DNA of 60,382 nucleotides, filler included, from Globobulimina sp. (Eukaryota): NCBI GenBank assembly GCA_003354225.1. It is 3 parts of 3 records of this genome, joined end to end, with 100 filler letters (N's around TTAATTAATTAA, not from the genome) between each part and the next. Parts side by side here need not be neighbours in the genome. Positions count along the whole stretch, not along the records: positions 1 to 23,686 come from PIVH01000001.1; positions 23,787 to 42,221 come from PIVH01000002.1; 1 more part is not named here. The stretch is one strand, 5' to 3'. Made by a program: the position numbers and the translations under genes. The notes under the pieces are model-generated. The model did no database searches, was not told where the DNA came from, and saw only the letters and a list, made by a program, of their open reading frames with translations. Numbering within the stretch: position 1 is the stretch's first letter; each line of letters starts with the position of its first letter. Below, piece after piece: positions 20,734 through 28,405 of this stretch.

Positions 20734-20937
20734 TTTTTAAAAAATGTAATTGTATAATGGACTTGTTTTTAAGAATAAGTATTTATAAAGATATTAAAGT
20801 ATTTTTATAAATCAAATTGTAAAGAAAATCAAAAGTGTAAATATATTAGGGTGCTGGTAATGTGAAGTTTATTACAATCTATATCAATATTTTTATTTTG
20901 AGTTAATTCATCAATAAATAAATATACACCTTATAAA

Positions 20938-21025
20938 GGTTCTCTTAAAGTTCTTAAATGGTTCTCTTAAAGTTCTTAAATGGTTCTCTTAAAGTTCTTA
21001 AATGGTTCTCTAAAAGTTCTTAATA
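20938..21025. repeat. 22-bp tandem repeat x4
   Basis: GGTTCTCTTAAAGTTCTTAAAT x3 plus one degenerate copy. Confidence 0.95.
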
Positions 21026-21056
21026 GTTCTCAATTTATATATTTATATATAATATA

Positions 21057-22166
21057 ATGACTGAAATTAAAAAAAAATATCCGTGTCCTTATTGTGGGGT
21101 AGAATACGAACATCCTACATCTATGTATAAACATAAAAATCATAAATGTAAAAAGAACCCTAAACGAAAAATAAATAAAGAAATTGTAAAAAATGAAATA
21201 CTCGCAAATAAATCAAAAACATTTAATAAAATGGTTAAAGAAGAAGTTAAAGAACAAGTAAAAGAACGAATTGTATATATAGATAGAGATAAGGAAGTAT
21301 ATAGAGATAATCCAGCAAATATAAATAGAATTAGACAATTAGAAAATAGAATTAGAGAACTTGAAACCGAAATATATCATATAAATAATATTACACCTCG
21401 TAGAAATAATAAAATCCAAAATACAATAAAAAAATTACGAACTGATAATCAAACATTACGAAATGATAATCAATCAGTATATAAAGAAAATCAAACATTA
21501 CGAAATTATAATCAATCAGTATATAATGAGGGCTTTAATGAAGGTGCTAAATCTATTTTTGAAGATGATACTATACGAGATTTAAGATTTTCTCAAAATA
21601 GAGATAATATCAATTTAAAACATAAATCCATAAGTGAAGCAACAACACCTCATTTTGAAATTGATTTAACACCAAAGAAGAAGAAGAAACGAGGAAGACC
21701 AAAAAAACAAATAAAAGATATAAATGAATATAAAAGAGGACCACAAATTAAGATAAAAAAGATGGAAACAGAACACGATAAAAATATAGAAATGAAAGCA
21801 GCAGAAAGAGTTAAAAAACAGAAAGAAGATAAAGAAAAGTTAATAAAACAAAAACAAAAATTAACACAAAAATTAACACAAAAATTAACAAAACCTAAAC
21901 CAAAACCTAAACCAAAACCTAAACCAAAACCTAAACCTAAAACAAAAAAACAAATACATAATGAACCACTCATAATAGAAGAGAATAATATGATTAATAA
22001 ATTAAGAAACAAACTTAATGATATAGATAATAACAAAAAATTAGGTGAATGGACGAAAAAAAAGAAGAAACGAGCAATAGAACTAAAAATTAAAGGTTGT
22101 AATAACCGTATTTTTAAATTAAGTAAAACGGACAAAAATAAGTTTAGATATGTTGAATATAAGTAA
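21057..22166 (+). CDS. Zn-finger protein with coiled coil, AT-hook and KP repeat
   Basis: CPYC..H..C; KRGRPKK; (KP)n. Confidence 0.8.
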   Translation: MTEIKKKYPCPYCGVEYEHPTSMYKHKNHKCKKNPKRKINKEIVKNEILANKSKTFNKMVKEEVKEQVKERIVYIDRDKEVYRDNPANINRIRQLENRIRELETEIYHINNITPRRNNKIQNTIKKLRTDNQTLRNDNQSVYKENQTLRNYNQSVYNEGFNEGAKSIFEDDTIRDLRFSQNRDNINLKHKSISEATTPHFEIDLTPKKKKKRGRPKKQIKDINEYKRGPQIKIKKMETEHDKNIEMKAAERVKKQKEDKEKLIKQKQKLTQKLTQKLTKPKPKPKPKPKPKPKPKTKKQIHNEPLIIEENNMINKLRNKLNDIDNNKKLGEWTKKKKKRAIELKIKGCNNRIFKLSKTDKNKFRYVEYK

Positions 22167-22200
22167 AACGGAAAATAATAAGTTTAAATATGTTGAATAT
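22121..22200. repeat. 40-bp tandem duplication across the stop codon of 21057-22166
   Basis: AAGTAAAACGGA..AATAAGTTTA.ATATGTTGAATAT x2. Confidence 0.9.
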
Positions 22201-22206
22201 TAATAT

Positions 22207-22371
22207 ATGAAAATACCGAACGATATTCAAGACATAATCAAGGATTATTTAGGTTATTTAAAATGCCCCAAGTGTGGAATAAGAATAGATAAATATTTTA
22301 AACTGTATAAACATTATTTCAAGAAACATAAGAAAGGTTTTATCAATAATGATTTAATATTAAAATATTAG
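22207..22371 (+). CDS. 54-aa F-box-like plus C2H2 finger protein (absent from ORF track)
   Basis: Manual translation MKIPNDIQDIIKDYLGYLKCPKCG..LYKHYFKKH. Confidence 0.6.
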   Translation: MKIPNDIQDIIKDYLGYLKCPKCGIRIDKYFKLYKHYFKKHKKGFINNDLILKY

Positions 22372-22400
22372 TTAATAATATAATATTAGTTAATAATATA

Positions 22401-22679
22401 ATGGATAATATGGATTATATTTATAAAATAATGGTAAAAAGAGAAAATGAATATACGAACAAAAAATCATATTGTTATGCGTGTGATTGTGAATTATACT
22501 ATCATAAACATCATATAAAAAGTTCTAAACATCAAGAACAAATTAAGAAGTTAAAAGATACAAAAATCAATATTATTATGGTTGAAAATGCTCTTAAAAA
22601 TTGTGAAATCAAAACTAAATTAATGAACTTTGGGAAGTTCTATAAAGATAAACAATTTAAGTTAAAAAAAATATATTAA
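22401..22679 (+). CDS. Zn-finger protein
   Basis: CYACDC..HIKSSKH. Confidence 0.75.
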   Translation: MDNMDYIYKIMVKRENEYTNKKSYCYACDCELYYHKHHIKSSKHQEQIKKLKDTKINIIMVENALKNCEIKTKLMNFGKFYKDKQFKLKKIY

Positions 22680-22701
22680 TCAATATTATATAAATATAAT
22701 A

Positions 22702-23037
22702 ATGAGTAATTTAAGAAATGGATTAGTAGAAATAGACACGGACGATGTTGAGAAAATGGACGAAAACGAACACGGTAATTTAGTCATTTATGTTAATTAT
22801 GAAAAATTGGGAAAATATGCTTTAACTTTTTTTGACGGATTTGAAAGAGAGTTTAATGATGAGAAAGAAACTTACGGACACGCAGACATATTTTTTAAAA
22901 GTAATAGCGACAAAGTTGGGAAAGTGATTGGGACAAAAGAGGACATAATTCATTTTATGGATTTTGTAGAAGACCATTTTAAAGAACCTATTTATTTAGA
23001 AAACGAAAAGCATTTAGTATTATTAATTGAACCTTAA
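22702..23037 (+). CDS. Hypothetical protein
   Basis: 111-aa acidic ORF. Confidence 0.75.
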   Translation: MSNLRNGLVEIDTDDVEKMDENEHGNLVIYVNYEKLGKYALTFFDGFEREFNDEKETYGHADIFFKSNSDKVGKVIGTKEDIIHFMDFVEDHFKEPIYLENEKHLVLLIEP

Positions 23038-23149
23038 AACACTCTCTAAACTCAAAAACACTCTCTAAAACACTCTCTAAAATGAAAATGACCTTACTCA
23101 AACTAAAAGTAAAAATTGAATAAAAATTAACACAAAAACTTACACTTTT
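23036..23149. repeat. Right arm of sub-terminal inverted repeat
   Basis: Reverse complement of 699-812 with about 1 mismatch. Confidence 0.95.
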
Positions 23150-23216
23150 TAAAAAAAAGATTTTTTCATATCAAAATTGATTATTATTATATTGTTAAAT
23201 AATATACTATTTAACA

Positions 23217-23561
23217 ATGTCTATTCCAAACAGAATGATTAAGAAACTATTTGAATTAAAGAAAGTAAAAGATATTACAAAAGACCATAAACAATTTTTA
23301 CATTATACAATAGCAGAAGCAGTTGGAGAATGTAAATGCTGGGGTGATTTTCTTAATTTTATGAAAACATACGGTCATATAGATTGGGTAAATGAATATA
23401 ATAAATGGATTACTTCAAATAAAACAATTTGGGTTGTATATGATTTATCATTTAATAACAAGGAGAATAAGAAATATTTTAAAAATGGTGTAATGATAAA
23501 TAAAACTATTATCAAATATCAAGGTGAAAAAATCACTAAATATATAGTAAAGAAGAAATAA
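23217..23561 (+). CDS. Hypothetical protein
   Basis: 114-aa ORF behind AAAATTGA. Confidence 0.75.
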   Translation: MSIPNRMIKKLFELKKVKDITKDHKQFLHYTIAEAVGECKCWGDFLNFMKTYGHIDWVNEYNKWITSNKTIWVVYDLSFNNKENKKYFKNGVMINKTIIKYQGEKITKYIVKKK

Positions 23562-23686
23562 GCCCTTATAATACCCTATGAAACAATCAAAAATAAAGAA
23601 TATGGATTAAAAACATTTTAATTATGAATAACTTATTCTTAATTAATCCACAATTTATTAAACTCACCTTTCATCTAAATCATTGA

Positions 23687-23786
23687 NNNNNNNNNNNNNN
23701 NNNNNNNNNNNNNNNNNNNNNNNNNNNNNNTTAATTAATTAANNNNNNNNNNNNNNNNNNNNNNNNNNNNNNNNNNNNNNNNNNNN
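23687..23786. other. Artificial contig spacer
   Basis: N-run with TTAATTAATTAA linker. Confidence 0.98.
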
Positions 23787-24065
23787 GTATAGTTTGTAGT
23801 ACTGTATTGCGTATTAAACTGATCCTTTTTGATATAATTTTGATTACTTTTATATGCAATTTTTCTTTTCACAGATGTTAAACATATCATTCAATTACTT
23901 CTACTATCATCTATGGCAATAGTTTTGTTTATCCAGGCATTGTATGCTCTGCGTCATGTAATTAAATATTCAGTACTATATCTTTTCATTCTGTATTCAT
24001 CATGTCTGCCTGAGAACTAACCTTGGAGTTGGAATTACTTTTGTTCTCGTGTTTTCCATCAGACC

Positions 24066-24154
24066 TAAACAGGTCAAGGGGATCGAACCCTTACGCACTT
24101 AGTGCATGAATATAGTAATCTACACTATCCTCCACAACCCCAAATGGAATCTGT
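24066..24154 (-). ncRNA. Degenerate tRNA-like element
   Basis: T-arm AAGGG-TTCGATC-CCCTT, variable-arm-like GCAC-TAA-GTGC, hairpin ATAGT/ACTAT; imperfect acceptor stem. Confidence 0.35.
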
Positions 24155-24602
24155 CGGAACTCACCAACTCTATGTGGGCAAATTGTGTAGTATGTTAATA
24201 TAATGAATAATATAATAGGTGTTCATCTATTATAAATTAGAATGTATGTTACTACTCTTTTCAATAACTAGTAGATTATCTTGTGCTATCTATATACATT
24301 CAAGTCATTTAATGACTTATACTTCATTTAAATAGTGTAATTGCCTATGCAATTCATTATATCGGTTTTAATCAAATGTCTCTTTTCCATTACTCTAAAT
24401 TGTTCAGCATTTGCTATAAACCCCATGCACTACAGACAGTAGTTTTGGGTAAGTAATATCTTTTCCCTGTTAGGGATAGGAGTCGTTGAGGCTCGAAACC
24501 TCAGATATCTATCATATTCCGTTCTGAATGGTGACTATAAGTACATATAAGATGTATATATAGCCTATAATAATATCCGACCCACAACCGCATAAAAAAT
24601 CT

Positions 24603-25088
24603 TTAATCTATTAGTAATAGTAGTCTATAACCTTTAGGAACTTGAGAATAAGATTCGTGTAGGAGATGTGTTGTTTCATCATCATCTGATTTAACAATTT
24701 CTCCTAAATTTAATATTATATCGTAACTGTTTTTGTTACTATCTACGGGTGCTGGAATGTGTACGAATCCTTGTTCAATTTCTTTAAGTTTAAACGGTAC
24801 TATAGATTGAGCATCTATGTCGTTTGTTAATCTACTAATATCAAGTAATTTAATACTTAATTTTAATAGTATTTTCATGTGTCTCTCGATTTCTGTAGTT
24901 AAACAAGTCGTTACTTCTGATAAGTTAACTAATTTATCGTGAGATTCTTCACCGAACAATGCTTTTATTGCTGGTTTAGTTTTATCAATCTTTCTTTTTA
25001 ACGCTTTAGCTAGTTTTACTTCTAAAGAATGATGGATAATTTGATTAATCAATAGTTCTTTGTTGATTATTGGTTTTTCTGTTTTCAT
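24603..25088 (-). CDS. Hypothetical phage protein
   Basis: 161-aa ORF in the minus-strand block. Confidence 0.75.
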   Translation of the reverse strand: MKTEKPIINKELLINQIIHHSLEVKLAKALKRKIDKTKPAIKALFGEESHDKLVNLSEVTTCLTTEIERHMKILLKLSIKLLDISRLTNDIDAQSIVPFKLKEIEQGFVHIPAPVDSNKNSYDIILNLGEIVKSDDDETTHLLHESYSQVPKGYRLLLLID

Positions 25089-25098
25089 ATAATTTACT

Positions 25099-25497
25099 TT
25101 AAATTACTTTTAGTGATTCTTGTAATGCTATTTCTAATGCTTCTTCATAAGAATTATATTGTGTATTACTTTCACCCATTAAGCATCCATGTTCATCATA
25201 TGTTAATAAGTTTTCAAGTTGATACCACCATGTTTTAGAATCCCATGGTAATATAGCAGTATGAATATTATGCTTTTCTCTTAACCATTTTTGAAGTAAT
25301 GATTGAGTTTCAAGTATAAATACATTTTTATTTGATAAATCTTTTAGTTTTCCAGATAAATATTCTTCTTTATTTATTTTATATCCAAATGTTTGAATAC
25401 ATCCATCTTCACAGTCAAGTGTTTTAATTCCTTTAATAAAGAATCCTTTTTCCTTAGCTAATTTAGCTGTTTCGAATGATATTATTTGTTCTTTCAT
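25099..25497 (-). CDS. Conserved-looking Bacteroidota phage protein
   Basis: ISFETAKLAKEKGF..TQSLLQKWLREKHNIH..YEEALE pattern. Confidence 0.8.
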   Translation of the reverse strand: MKEQIISFETAKLAKEKGFFIKGIKTLDCEDGCIQTFGYKINKEEYLSGKLKDLSNKNVFILETQSLLQKWLREKHNIHTAILPWDSKTWWYQLENLLTYDEHGCLMGESNTQYNSYEEALEIALQESLKVI

Positions 25498-25512
25498 ATA
25501 TTTTACTTTAAA

Positions 25513-25543
25513 AAATGGTGTATACTTATTGCATACACCATTT
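25513..25543. terminator. Hairpin terminator (read on the minus strand)
   Basis: AAATGGTGTAT/ATACACCATTT inverted repeat next to an A-tract. Confidence 0.65.
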
Positions 25544-25558
25544 ATATTTATATGTACT

Positions 25559-26527
25559 TTATAGGTTGTCTATAACGTTTAAGATCCTTTGTTTTTCGTA
25601 TTTGAACGTAGGTCTGTAATAAAGAAGTTTTTTAGCATCACATATGAATTCACCAAGTTGGTCTATAATAACTCCCGGTTTATCTTTATTAAGGATACCA
25701 AATGCACTTCCAATTTTAGCTTTTCTCTTTTCGCCTTTTTTGTCAGTACATGCTTCCTTAATTAAGTATTGAATTCGTAACCATGTATCTTCTGGTAGAT
25801 TTTTTACTTCTGTGAATTCAATAGTAGGTTTTTCTGATGGTTCATCTACTCCATAATGAGATTTTACAGCTTCTACAAGCATGTTAGCTTCAGCATTAGA
25901 GAAGTTTTGATGTTTAAATATGTAATTCTGAACTAATTCTGTTGCCTCGATACGACCACCATTTCGAATCATTTCAATAATAGTGTCTTTTATGTCCTTA
26001 GCGAATAGTAATCTTTCTTCTTCATCAGTAAGATCTATACCGTCATTAGCTTTACCTTTCAACATTTTTTCTTTTTTCTTACTTAATGCAAATAGATCCA
26101 CATCTTCTAACTTAGATAGTTTAACAATTCTAGACATTTCGTCTTTGAATTTTTGAACTCTAGTTCGTTCTTCGGGTCCATGTATTTTTGCTTGTATGAT
26201 TTCAGAATGTTGAGGATCACCTGTATCCAGCTCTATGAAAGCTGTATCTTCACCAAGATGTTCTCTAATAATACTTTCTGTTAGAGATATGGCTCTGATT
26301 CTTACTGCAGGTAATTGTAATACGTCAGATATAGGCAAAAGTGCAAATTCCATCATTTTATTAGTGATAGTATGATACGTATCAGCTAGATGTTTGTAAT
26401 ACTCAAATGCGTCTAAATCTTTGATTCTTAATGCTGTTTCCATGTACTTAAGCTCTAATTCAGCTTGTCTTTGTATATGTTCAACAGTTATTGTACCATC
26501 AAAAGATGGTATTATTGGTTTTGTCAT
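25559..26527 (-). CDS. Hypothetical phage protein
   Basis: 322-aa ORF. Confidence 0.85.
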   Translation of the reverse strand: MTKPIIPSFDGTITVEHIQRQAELELKYMETALRIKDLDAFEYYKHLADTYHTITNKMMEFALLPISDVLQLPAVRIRAISLTESIIREHLGEDTAFIELDTGDPQHSEIIQAKIHGPEERTRVQKFKDEMSRIVKLSKLEDVDLFALSKKKEKMLKGKANDGIDLTDEEERLLFAKDIKDTIIEMIRNGGRIEATELVQNYIFKHQNFSNAEANMLVEAVKSHYGVDEPSEKPTIEFTEVKNLPEDTWLRIQYLIKEACTDKKGEKRKAKIGSAFGILNKDKPGVIIDQLGEFICDAKKLLYYRPTFKYEKQRILNVIDNL

Positions 26528-26554
26528 GTTTGATTAAGTTTTAAAAGTTTATAA

Positions 26555-27160
26555 TTATCTGATATGCAGAACTTCCTCTGCTAATTTGATAAGTACATCT
26601 TCATTGGCAAGATTTTTGTGCTTCTTTAAAACTATCTCAACTACTTCACGAGCATCTAGTGAACTAGGTACTCTTTTATTACCTAATACTTCATTCTTCA
26701 TTGCTTTTAGAATGTTTAGTTTTAGTGCATGTTTTTCATCAGTCATGTAATCTGGCACAGGGAATAGACCTTGTTTTGTTTGTTGAAATAATTCAGCATC
26801 CAAATAGTCCATTATAAATGCAGCGAATTCACTGAATTCACTTCCATCTCTTAGTAGATTATCTCTTTGTTGTTGAAAATAAGATTTGATAGCTTTTGGA
26901 TTTCTTAATTTCTTACTAACTTTTCTTTTATTTTCAACTTCTCCAATGAAAGCACCTAATGTACCAAATTCTTCAGCGATAATAGTACGAACTTCTTCGT
27001 CATCATCACCCATAATTATGGGACTACCAAATGTTCCTTTGAGACTTATTCTTTTTCCTAACTTACGTCGATGTTTTTTTATGATATCGATATAAGCATT
27101 TGCATCATTAGCATCATCGTCATTAATAACGAGGAATGCAACTCTTTTCTTGTTTGTCAT
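26555..27160 (-). CDS. Hypothetical phage protein
   Basis: 201-aa ORF. Confidence 0.85.
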   Translation of the reverse strand: MTNKKRVAFLVINDDDANDANAYIDIIKKHRRKLGKRISLKGTFGSPIIMGDDDEEVRTIIAEEFGTLGAFIGEVENKRKVSKKLRNPKAIKSYFQQQRDNLLRDGSEFSEFAAFIMDYLDAELFQQTKQGLFPVPDYMTDEKHALKLNILKAMKNEVLGNKRVPSSLDAREVVEIVLKKHKNLANEDVLIKLAEEVLHIR

Positions 27161-27189
27161 TATATTATAATATTGGTTAATGTTTCCAA

Positions 27190-27742
27190 ATTATAAGCAA
27201 ATAGGAGCCGTTTAAAGCCCCTATATGCACTTTATTATAGTGTTTCCACTAACTACGCAGCTATTCTAAATAACTGTGTAATTGTTGTTAAATTGCCTTT
27301 TAAAGCTGTTATTACATCTCTTGTTCTTAATAGCAGTTATACTTTTTAATGCTATCTTTTGTCGTACTTACATTTATCCTGTCAAAACCAGAACAGCCCC
27401 ATATGGTTAAGTTAGGTAGATATAATTCAATATCATCCTCTTGTTATTAAACACAAGTCACCTAACTTAATAACGGCGGAGAGCAACCTGTTACAGTTAC
27501 TCCCTAATGTTGTTATTCTGGGATTAGCCAATGATATCCTTCTGCATGTTTTGTATTATAATGCATCATTGTTAATCCAGATTGAAGTCCCATATTTTCT
27601 TGTAATATTGTAATGGGAGATCGTTTGGTTCTTTTAAATACTAATTTATATTTCATAATTAATAGATATTAGTTGGTGGAGCTGACGGGAGTCGAACCCG
27701 TGTCCAAAATACATGCTCTTTCTGACGAGATTGCAATTTCTT
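27190..27742 (-). ncRNA. ssrA: Circularly permuted (two-piece) tmRNA; outer ends approximate
   Basis: Acceptor piece with T-arm ACGGG-TTCGACT-CCCGT and CAGCTCCACCA ends at 27674 and lies upstream of the coding piece starting GGGGCTG at 27400; G3-U pair; tag ORF 27297-27253 = GNLTTITQLFRIAA*. Confidence 0.85.
27513..27656 (-). CDS. 47-aa ORF inside the tmRNA intervening sequence
   Basis: Manual translation MKYKLVFKRTKRSPITILQENMGLQSGLTMMHYNTKHAEGYHWLIPE*; AT-rich leader with A at -3. Confidence 0.45.
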   Translation of the reverse strand: MKYKLVFKRTKRSPITILQENMGLQSGLTMMHYNTKHAEGYHWLIPE

Positions 27743-28111
27743 TTATTCGATTGAGATTACAGCTCCTTCTGTTTCTAACTCAGTTTTGATATTTTGAGCT
27801 TCTTCATTGGAGATGTTTTCTTTTAATGTAACGGGTGCTGAATCAATTATTTTCTTACATGCTATTAATGATCCAACGGCACCTAATTTGTTCCAAGCTT
27901 TAACTACGTGTAGTGATCTTGCACCAGCTTCAGTTAATACTACATTAAATTGTGTTTTTTCTTTTGCTACAGTTTCTACTTCAGCAGGTGCTGATGTTTG
28001 AGCTGTTGGTGGTGTAAAACCATAAGTTTCTTTTAATTCTGCGGATAATGCTAAAATTTCTTCAGAAGTTAATCCTGCTAAAGTTTTAGCTAATGTTTTA
28101 ATGTCTATCAT
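27743..28111 (-). CDS. rplL: Phage-encoded ribosomal protein bL12 (L7/L12), divergent
   Basis: N-terminal LT..E..L..ELKETYG, hinge, EKTQFNVVLTEAG and C-terminal APVTLKE..SNEEA..IK.ELE.EGA.I. Confidence 0.9.
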   Translation of the reverse strand: MIDIKTLAKTLAGLTSEEILALSAELKETYGFTPPTAQTSAPAEVETVAKEKTQFNVVLTEAGARSLHVVKAWNKLGAVGSLIACKKIIDSAPVTLKENISNEEAQNIKTELETEGAVISIE

Positions 28112-28117
28112 GACTTT

Positions 28118-28390
28118 TTAATTTTTAAAGTTTAAATTACCTAATTGTGCTCCCAATTTTTGCATTGGTGAGTTTAAGCTGTTGAACAATTTATTTATTG
28201 CTTCAGCTTTTGCTTTTGAAACAGGTATTTTAAATTGTCCTACTTCAACAGTTAATCTGATATTTGGAAATACACTTATGTATTCTTCAGCAGTTTCTTT
28301 AATTTTTTCAGTATCTTCAGATACTTTTAAAACTGTTGGTTTTTGGTCTTTTGTTATTTGACCACTTAATTTTATCTTTTCAGTAGGCAT
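28118..28390 (-). CDS. Hypothetical phage protein
   Basis: 90-aa ORF. Confidence 0.75.
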   Translation of the reverse strand: MPTEKIKLSGQITKDQKPTVLKVSEDTEKIKETAEEYISVFPNIRLTVEVGQFKIPVSKAKAEAINKLFNSLNSPMQKLGAQLGNLNFKN

Positions 28391-28405
28391 CTTATTCAGT
28401 TTTAG

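Larger units (their letters stand above)
1..23686. mobile_element. Polinton-like virus / virophage-like dsDNA virus contig
   Basis: A32-like ATPase, penton-like and double-jelly-roll MCP-like genes in a dense, intronless, very AT-rich ~24 kb contig with sub-terminal inverted repeats. Confidence 0.8.

Noticed and set aside
20938-21025. CRISPR-like array
   Set aside because: Repeats are contiguous with no spacers, and there are no cas genes
20325-22135. Antisense ORFs rich in F/L (20325-20726, 21650-22135; likewise 4955-5308, 13342-13766)
   Set aside because: Shadows of Lys/Glu-rich sense genes
23687-23786. Possible link between the PLV, the phage and the eukaryotic gene (e.g. an integrated virus)
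   Set aside because: The joins are artificial N/TTAATTAATTAA spacers, and composition and tetramer usage differ on each side
27743-28111. Host chromosomal rplL locus
   Set aside because: No rplJ or rpoB neighbours; surrounded by phage-like ORFs
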